Below, one piece after another: positions 55,867 to 64,000 of a stretch of DNA of 64,000 nucleotides; the first letter of the stretch is position 1; every line of letters begins with the position of its first letter. A program made the position numbers and the translations under genes. The notes under the pieces are model-generated. The model had not been told where the DNA came from, ran no database searches, and saw only the letters and a program-made list of their open reading frames with translations. Location: assembly GCA_965112735.1 (NCBI GenBank), contig OZ218952.1, forward strand, positions 2,604,001 through 2,668,000, given 5' to 3'. This stretch comes from Phaeosaccion multiseriatum (Eukaryota > Protista > Ochrophyta, other classes).

Positions 55867-56290
55867 CGGGTGATGAGGGGGGCGGGGGAGGGGCAAGAGC
55901 AGCTGGGCGGAGTCAGAGAGGCGACGCACAGGACAACAGTGAAGTAAAGAGGGAGGAAGGGACAAGAAGAAAGGTTTTCATCATCTTTCGGTGTTTGGTC
56001 TGCTCTCCCTGTGCCCCTTCACCACATTTTCGTCTTCGTACCAGCTCAAACGGAAGCTCCAGCATGTCCTTCGCGTCCTGCATGGACATGTCACCAACAT
56101 CCTTCATGGATCTTTCATGGTTGCAGCCCTCTCTGTGGTGCCGTCCTGTTGAAGAGTTTGCCGGCCTGCGCCTTACCTGGTAAGTCAGCAAAGTAGTCAC
56201 AGGGCCGGCCGGATGACAACCTCCTTCACTCTTTTTTTTTCTTTTCTCCCTCTTCTTTCCTCCCCCTTTATTCCTGACTTTCGGCCAATC

Positions 56291-57544
56291 ATGGTGAAGG
56301 GGAAGAAGGGAATGGTGCTGCTAGTGTGCGCCTGTGCTCTCGTTGCTGCGGGAATTGTAGTAACAACCATGCGGCGAGGCGGTGAACTGACTGACCTTAA
56401 GACCGACAAAAATCAGGGAGAGGAGCAAAACCAACAATATCAAGACGTAGAGGAGGAGCAGGTCGACGCCAAGACAACACTCAGCTGGGGTCGGAATTGG
56501 GAAGGGTGGATGGCACCAAGAGCGGACCAAGTAGCAGCAGCAGCGCTGCGCTCACTTCCCTGCTCCTCTCTGAAAACGGTGGGATCAGAAACGGTAGTAG
56601 GAGTAGCACAAAAGGAAGGGGGGACAGGGGAAGCAGCAGCAGCAGCAGCAGGAGGAGGAGGAGGAGGAGGAAGAGGAGAGGAGCGGTGTGATGGGAGCTT
56701 CTTGGCATACACCCGTGTCCCTAAGACTGGAGGTACAATGTTGAGAAGCTACGTCGCGAACCACACCACGGAGCAGCAGCGAGAGAACATCTATACCGGC
56801 ACACGAAAGGGGGATAACGCTAACGTCATGGTTACTAGCCTGGAGCAGGGCAGACACGCGTTCTATACGCCCCACTCTTTGTTTGGTATTCATCGGATTG
56901 GGTGCCGCCCATGCTGCTACATTACCGTGCTACGCAACCCCCTCGATCGCATGATTGGGCTGTTTTACCATGATAGCGAAAGAAGAAAGAAGGCTGCTGC
57001 GAAACCACATGGGGAGGGAGGAGAAATGGGGACAGCGTCAGCATTCGCAGGGGGAGGAGGAAGAGCAGGAGTAGAGTTGCGTGGCGAGCTACGTGACTTA
57101 GAAGACTTTCTCCTGCGCAAGAGAGGGCACTTTCCCTCCAATAACGGAATGACGTTTGCCCTCTGTGGCGGTGGGGAGGGGTGTACTGACCCTACGGAGG
57201 CTGTGAGACTCGCTGAAGAGAACCTACAACGCTGCTACACAGTGGGGGTGTTGGAGAAGATTGACGCCACTCTCAGTCTCTTTGCCGGCAAGTACCCAAT
57301 GTGGTTTGGATCCACCAGCAGCAATGGTAGCAGTAGTATGACAGCGCCGGCGTCTGCTGCTGCTGCTGCTACTGCTGCCACTGCTGTACCACCTAGGGTG
57401 CGGGCTCACACTCCTGCCGGGTTATCGTCACTGAATCTGAGTACCGAGGTTGTCGAAGCTTTTCAGCGCGAAGCCAAGTGGGACTACATGCTTTGGGAAC
57501 GCTATATCAAGGCGCTATCATCGAAAGAGGAGGAGGATGTTTGA
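56291..57544 (+). CDS. Golgi type II membrane sulfotransferase (Sulfotransfer_2-like); intronless
   Basis: N-terminal TM anchor, 5'-PSB YTRVPKTGGT, 3'-PB ITVLRNPLDRMIGLFY, VGVLE and WDYMLW. Confidence 0.88.
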   Translation: MVKGKKGMVLLVCACALVAAGIVVTTMRRGGELTDLKTDKNQGEEQNQQYQDVEEEQVDAKTTLSWGRNWEGWMAPRADQVAAAALRSLPCSSLKTVGSETVVGVAQKEGGTGEAAAAAAGGGGGGGRGEERCDGSFLAYTRVPKTGGTMLRSYVANHTTEQQRENIYTGTRKGDNANVMVTSLEQGRHAFYTPHSLFGIHRIGCRPCCYITVLRNPLDRMIGLFYHDSERRKKAAAKPHGEGGEMGTASAFAGGGGRAGVELRGELRDLEDFLLRKRGHFPSNNGMTFALCGGGEGCTDPTEAVRLAEENLQRCYTVGVLEKIDATLSLFAGKYPMWFGSTSSNGSSSMTAPASAAAAATAATAVPPRVRAHTPAGLSSLNLSTEVVEAFQREAKWDYMLWERYIKALSSKEEEDV

Positions 57545-58108
57545 AACAGACTGGAAGGGAGGAGCGACCGAGTGCAACCTCGCAGAGCGCGAGCACCGCT
57601 CTATAGGTGACCGTTCTGACTCTCTTCGGAGGCCTTCCCATCAAGAGTGAAGTGACGGAGAAGGACGACTACAGCGGGGCGGGCTGGGGGGTGTATCTCT
57701 CTCTCTCTCTCCCCATCCTCAGCTTGATCGCCCGGGCAGTGCTGCGGACCTTCTAATGTACACGAGCCCCCCCCCCCCTGGGTGTGCGATCAGCTCGGCA
57801 TCGACCTCGAAGATAGCACGGTGCGTGTATATATATATATGTGTGTGCGTGGATGTGTGTGTACATGTGTGTATGTGTATGCGCGTGTATGTGTACGTTG
57901 TTCGTGTCTCAGTAAGCAACTGTCTTGTTTCAACCTTATTCTATCTCACGTCCATTCGCAGCTGCGACACCAAGCTGATGACCGTCCGTGACAACAAATG
58001 ACGCCGAGTACCACCAACCAAGACGCAATACGCAAAGACGCGTGAGTTGGGCGAGATGGCGGACCAGGCCCGCTGCAGAGCGGCGGAGATGATGCGAGAG
58101 GGACTATC

Positions 58109-58135
58109 GAGAGAGAGAGAGAGAGAGAGAGAGTC

Positions 58136-58181
<46 letters not shown>

Positions 58182-58200
58182 GGAGAGAGAGAGAGATGGA
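58109..58200. repeat. (GA)n microsatellite
   Basis: Seen directly. Confidence 0.95.
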
Positions 58201-59659
58201 GGGAGACAGAGAGGACACAGAGAGAAATGGAGCGGGAAAGGGACGAGGCAACAGGGCGATGCGAGATGGCGAGATGGCAGCCTTTCCTTTCCTCCCCTCC
58301 CCTCTCTTTCCCCCCCGCGCTGCTCTGATGCGGATGACTGGAGCGAGAATGCCGCCGGAGGGGTGAAGGTGGTTGGATTCCAGGTGCAAGGAGAATACAC
58401 TGCTTAGGGACAGCACCAAGAGCAGCAGGTTGGTACGTTACGGCAGTGCGTGCGAGTGAGCGAGTGAGGAAGCTTGAAAAAGAGACACTTGCAACGGCAA
58501 CTGTATGCCACCAGATGAAGATGAAGCAAGGCTAAGCAAGACGAAGCAAGGCTACAGCAGAGGACTAGCACAAGTTCGCAGCGGCAAAACGAGCGCAAAA
58601 GTCCACGGCGAGAGGACTTTTTTCACACGCACGCACGTACTCACACACGTACTCATGCACGTACGCACGCGCGCGCGCTCGCACGCATGCACTGGCACGC
58701 TATCAGAGGGCGGGGAAGGGGAAGTGCACGTTCCAGCCCTGGACTGTTTGGACCCCTGCCTGCCCTCTTTCTCCACTGAGCCGAGAGTGATTCCATTCCT
58801 ACTTCTGGGGCAAAGAATGTCCGCGAAACGTAATATAAAGACGAGCTGTACCTTTACCTTACGCCCATGAACGAAGACGAGGCAAGGGAGCAATCTCTCG
58901 CCCTCTACCTTCGTCTACGCTACTTTTTTTCACTCATCAAGGGCCCCATCGCCCTCTGTTTGTGGTCGGCTCGAACGCGTGCCTTGTCCTGGGCCACGTC
59001 CATACCAGCACCCATACCAGCACCCACACTAGCACGGTCGCGTAGCATCGGGGGGGGGGCGGGGGGGAGGAGAAACGGCAGCGTTTCTTGTTTATGCTTA
59101 AATGGGGCACACCCTGTGCTGACCGACCTTCCCTCCTTCCCCTCCGCCCCGTCCACCAGGATGAGGAGGAGGGGAAACCTCCTCCTCCTCCTCCTCCTCT
59201 CGTCCCCCCCGGATCACTTTTGCTCCCCAGCCACTGATACCCTAGCTAAGAGGAGACATGTAAGAGATGGCGGCCGTACCACAGTCCAAATGATAGGACT
59301 GTGTCTCCTATGACTAAAGGTGCTCAGGTGAGAGTGGCTGAGACAACGGTCCTGAGAGATGAAACACATCCACGGGATGGGGCACGTCTCAGGATCCCTG
59401 GGGTGGAGGCGTTTGAGCCTATATGCCCACAGCATGCAATTGCGGCACCTCCATATCAAACCACAGGTATGCAGGGGCAATACTCCCCTCCCCTCGAAAG
59501 ATATATCCCTCGAAAGAAAAAAAGAGGTTCACGTACTAATAATAGTGAGAGAGACCGAAAAAAGGGTTCCCACTGAAGGGGCTTTATCGGCGGCCTGCTC
59601 GTGGGCGACGGCGAGTGGGACACGAGGCCGATGGACGCGACGAGCGTCCTCCGCCAGTG

Positions 59660-59960
59660 AGCAAAGAGGTTAGAAAGGATCTAAGGAGGGCAGGTACATC
59701 ATCGTGCATGACATCCAATGGCTCCCAAGTAGCGGCAGTGGCACTGATCCATTGAAGCCCTTCCAGAAGGTGTGCACCTTCCAGGAATCGCCTTGTGAAG
59801 GGCGTTGAAGAGCCGAAAATGAAGAGGCAAGCCAAGAGGCAGAGTCATGTGAATGCTGCTGCAAGAGTTGATTTGTGACGTTGAGGTGCTGGTCGGCCTA
59901 GTAGGGCCCCACATCTCCTTGACCGGGGCAGCGAGGGTGTGCAGAGACATGGGAGGAGGG
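59660..59960 (-). mobile_element. Ty3/Gypsy chromovirus relic (integrase C-terminus plus chromodomain)
   Basis: Frameshifted PY*ADQHLNVTNQLL, WKVHTFWKGF and ATWEPLDVMHDDVPALLRSFL. This is the W.G..ATWEP..M..DVP pattern of stramenopile Gypsy chromodomains. Confidence 0.65.
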
Positions 59961-60267
59961 GGCTATCTTTCTCATAAGGAACCAAGCAGGATACACGAGA
60001 GGGGCCTTACTCTACGTACAGACCCGAGTGATGCAAGAGCGACAGAAAAATATGCATAGCAGGTGCTTGCGTGTTAAGTTCGTTCATTGAATTAAAAATC
60101 GGCCAAGGCCAAGGCCAAGGTTAAATATATCGGTCTCAAAATTCAGCAGTGACGCTGCCTATACACGACGATGCTATTGCTTCCCTCTGAATCGCGCCCA
60201 AGGGCGCTGCTTGGAAAGATTAAGATCTCCTCGCTTTGTCTCCTATGTGTGTCGCTTGGACACGTGC

Positions 60268-61028
60268 TTATGCGCAGTCCGCGGAGTAGCTGGTGAGGCC
60301 CGATGATGGGCAGAAGACGATGCTCTCGGGGGTGAAGTCGGGGTAGGCAACCATGCCTGCCGCGGCGCCCTCGCACGTCATCCAGCACCCTCGGCACACC
60401 TGGCCCATGCCGAGGTAGTTGCACAGCAGACCAGTGTCTCCCGACAGGCAGCTCTCGTCGTAGAACACGCTCTTGTCGAAGCCCTCGAGCAGCATGAGGG
60501 CGGTCTCAGCGTCCAGCGAGCACTCCGTGCTGTCAGCGTCTCCGGCGGGCTCCTCCTCTGAGATGATGAGGTCGCACGACTGCCACTCGCCCTTTCCGCA
60601 GAATCTGCAGTCGATGCCCGCGCCATGGGCGTTGCATCCGAGTCCGCCGTACTCAGAGCACGTGGTGTCGGTGTAGCAAGGCGCCTGGAAAAGGAGACAG
60701 CAAAGGAAGAGGAGAGCAGAAAGAGTGAGCGGAGGGTTTGCGAGTAACGAAGATCGAACGGATATGCCACTGGCCACCCCAGCAAGGAAAGAATAAAGAG
60801 CCTCGCCCACTGCAGCGATGCAATAAAGGAGGAAGGACGTTCACTCACCGCTTCGGTGCACTGGTCGGAGCAGAAGGGGGTGCCGGCAACGACGGGGTTC
60901 ACGGAGCTGGGAGAAGGTGCGGAGCTGCTCATGGGGGCCATGGAGGGCGCCGCAGTTTCAAACTGCGCAGACACCGCACCGGCGGAAAGCATCGCAGTGG
61001 CGAGGGAGAGGAAGGACATAGGAGCCAT
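60268..61028 (-). CDS. Secreted Cys-rich protein with two D..C..G.LxC...CRxC modules; intron 60848-60685
   Basis: Signal peptide MAPMSFLSLATAMLSAGAVSA, a Ser/Pro linker, then CYTDTTCSEYGGLGCNAHGAGIDCRFCG and FYDESCLSGDTGLLCNYLGMGQVCRGC. Confidence 0.85.
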
Positions 61029-61959
61029 GTTGTTGTTGTTGTGTGTTGGGGTGGGAGAAGAGTGTTAAGAACAGTGGAAGAGTGGAAGAGTGCGTGGATG
61101 TTTGTGGCGAGAGAGCAGCTCGATGAGCATGAGAGGAGCAACTTAATTGGGGGGATAACGAAAAGTCGAGCCCCGATTTTCGTTGACTTGAGAGGAGCCC
61201 AGGGCGACTTCGCTGTTCGGTGCGAGAGGCGGGAAAGCTTGTTCTTGCGTGGCTGCTCTGCAACTTGCTTGCTGGTGAGGCAGCGAGAGGAGCTCTTCAG
61301 GAATGGAGGAGGAAGTTTCGAAATGGAGGTACGATGTCTTGTTCAGGAGGGCCATCACCGTCCTTTGCCACCCTCCCAGTCACTGTACACCCGGAATAGC
61401 CGAGACCCTCCGGTGTGGCTGCGAGCTGTGTGTTTGCTCCTCTTAATATCCGCTCAACGCCCGTAGTTGCATTAATTCCAAACAGCAGGGCAACGCAAAT
61501 ACTCATCCCCTCTTTTCCCTCTTTTGCCCCATCTTCCACCAGGCGCAGCGGATCTGTCACACGATAGAGGAGTTTGGCCGGAGCAAGAGGTCGAGGCCAT
61601 TGCGAGGAGACTCTCGTCTCGAGGAAGGATGGAGCAAAGAGAACCTGGAGCAGCCGATACATGAATCACAGAGAGCGAGCATACAGAGATGAACTTGGCG
61701 ACTGAGCATGCTCCACCAGCAGGAGTGGTTGACATTACCCATCGCAGGAGGGGCACATGTGTGGCTCAAGGGAGGAATGCCAGAGTCTTTCCGCTATGCA
61801 TCGTATCGCCTCTCAGTGAGGACATACTCCAGTGGTACAGCAGCTCAGCTCCGGAGGCGCACGTATTGTGAGAAACTCTCTGCGGCTTCGCCCCATCCGT
61901 TCAATGCGTGTCCGAAGGGGCACGCGTCTCAGCCGGCACATGACCCGAAGTGGTGGGCA

Positions 61960-62900
61960 GCAGGATCCACCCCGCTCTTTATGGCGTCTCGGAATGGCAA
62001 AACCAGGTGGTGGGAGGGGCTCCTTATGCCGCGTCTCAGGAGGCGCGCGATGCACCGTGCTCATCTCAGCACACGGATATATTGAGCATGTGACTCAGCA
62101 GGAGGGAATCACTCCGCTCTGTGTCGCGCCTCAGTAGGGATTGTCCTATCTCAGTTGTGGAAACAGTGCTTTCGGCCAAGGCAGCTCTTCTCACCAGGTT
62201 CATTTCATCGAGGGAAAGCCTCAGCAAGGGCACACTCCGCTCCTTATCCGTCTCAGGAGTGGCATGCATCGTCGGAGTGGACAAGCTTCTCTTCGGCGGT
62301 GCCGCAGTGCGCGTGTCGAATCGCGATGGTTGGGACTCCTCTCGCGCCTCCGCGGCACACGGTCGTGATGAAGTGGTGAGGCAGCTTCTCCGTGCTGATG
62401 CCGACGTGGATTGTGGAGAAGGCAGTGTTGATATTCACTTCACTTTAATGTGCTGCTCGTTATGGACACGGGGCAGTGGTGGTCCGTCTTCTCGCTGCAG
62501 GCTCACCATGTGATGCCCTGGACACGAACGGCAAGACCCCGCGACTCGACGCCGCCATCGGTGGCATCGTGGGACCGCTGTGCCGCTCATCTCGGCCGGG
62601 CCTCGGTGCACATTGCTCTGGGCTTTCTATAGCAGAATCGCTTAGGTCCCTCCGATGTTGAGTTTGCCGTAGAGTCCTCCTCCCCGCAGCAGCGGAGTTG
62701 GCATCGCAGACTCTTCTCCTGGAGGGATGTTCGGAGCCTTCCTTTTCGTAGCAAATGGGTGTGGTGCCGCAGGAGGTGGGTGTATACCCCGAGATTTGTG
62801 CCCGAGGTGGCTTCGGGAATGGCTGAACTACCAGTAGTCATCGCTTTGCTGAGCAGAGGGGCTTCTTTCGAGCAGAGAGGGGCGCGACGAGAGGGGAGGA
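61960..62900 (+). pseudogene. Degraded ankyrin-repeat gene
   Basis: GSTPLFMASRNGK, EGITPLCVA, GHTPLL, HGRDEVVRQLLRADADVD and VRLLAAGSPCDALDTNGKTP lie in shifting frames with stops. Confidence 0.7.
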
Positions 62901-64000
62901 CGTGTGCATGAGTCTTTGTCCACCGTCTCATCATGGGTTTCAACACATGCGAACAAGCCTAATTCTCTTTCGGTGGGTTGGAGGGCTGTTGGTTGAGACA
63001 CATCGGCGAACGAAGGGCACCAACGTGCTATGGTCTGCTGTAGTGACACTGCTTATCACGGCAAGGCACGCACCTAGTTCAATAAGACTCCTGGCCTAGA
63101 GCCTTGGTTTGTGTGCAGGCACCACCGCAAGTTGCACACCTCCTCGTCGTCAAATCATCGCTCGGACGACGAGCGTATGGAGGACAGAGCAGCACCTTGA
63201 GGCTAGGCAATCACTTACTCACGCACGCACCCCCACACCCTCTCGCCCGCGCTCCCACACTGCCTCCCACGCTCACTCGTCGGTCACTTTCCGACACACA
63301 CGCGCGCACTTGCTCACTCTCATGCACGCCCTCACGCACGCACTCACCCACTCACTCCACCAGTCGCGCGCGCACACACTTTGACATGTGTGCACGTGTG
63401 TGTGCGTGAGATACGTTAAAGCTCCTGGAAAAAATGCAGTACCTCGACTCTACGCCTCCCACGTGCAGCTCCTGCCTAGTTTCCTCACTTGTGCCCCAGT
63501 GTAAGGGTCCTAGCGGCCCGAAATTGACCTGCCACGCTACGATTACCATGAGCAAATTATGTGTGTTTTCTTCCTGCCCTTCTTTTCAGCTCGCATGTGC
63601 TTCTGAGTATGTGTGTGTTACCCAACGCCACTACGTCTAGGCGGCAAGGCGGGGATGTTACAGGTGGGAATGGTGCTCTTGCTTCAGAGCTGAGCCCAGC
63701 CGGGTACGGTGACCCGAGACAGTATCACATTATCACACACGAGGGTCATGTTGCAGACGCTGCGGTGCAAAAGAGACGGACAAGCTTGTTTTGAGTTGTA
63801 AATCACTTCCCCTGTATTTACTTTTAAGTTAAACGCTGTCGGCCAAGGCCATAGACAAGACATGTATACAATGTGGGTATCAAAAAACAATCTCCATTGC
63901 AGGACTTATAAGTCCTGCTTGCACGAACACCCAATGCTACTTGCGCCCCTCAGGCTTTTCTCGACTATAACTCCGTCATCAGCCTCGCGGCTTATGCACA

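Noticed and set aside
58400-59160. Short ORF fragments such as MDVAQDKARVRADHKQ
   Set aside because: Possibly TE debris, but too degraded to assign.

Overview
Eukaryotic, GC-rich, microsatellite-laden genomic DNA with GT-AG spliceosomal introns. The gene repertoire suggests a stramenopile, probably an alga; this is inference only. Apparently intact genes, in order: threonine dehydratase with ACT domain, PPR protein with SMR-like tail, GNAT acetyltransferase, SUMF1, aldose 1-epimerase, patatin phospholipase, three-repeat MYB with an upstream His/Cys finger, ADP/ATP carrier, ATG11-like claw protein, PKG-type kinase with three cNMP domains, JMJD5, CTF8, an intronless myristoylation-motif orphan, a Golgi sulfotransferase and a secreted Cys-rich protein. 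Several are tight head-to-head pairs. Three decayed blocks lie between them. 16.5-25.9 kb holds a transposase relic, an AHI1/jouberin-like pseudogene, nested tandem repeats and a ZIP pseudogene. 35.5-38.2 kb is bounded by a perfect 34-bp inverted repeat. 53.5-63 kb holds a DxxH transposase-like relic, a Gypsy chromodomain relic and an ankyrin pseudogene. All calls come from manual reading of motifs and splice sites; no searches were run. No single dramatic new system is proven. The best leads are unusual domain architectures (AIM+claw ATG11, Castor-like finger+3R-MYB, Ser-gatekeeper PKG), the inverted-repeat element and its shared upstream motif, the orphan protein and the decaying ciliary gene.
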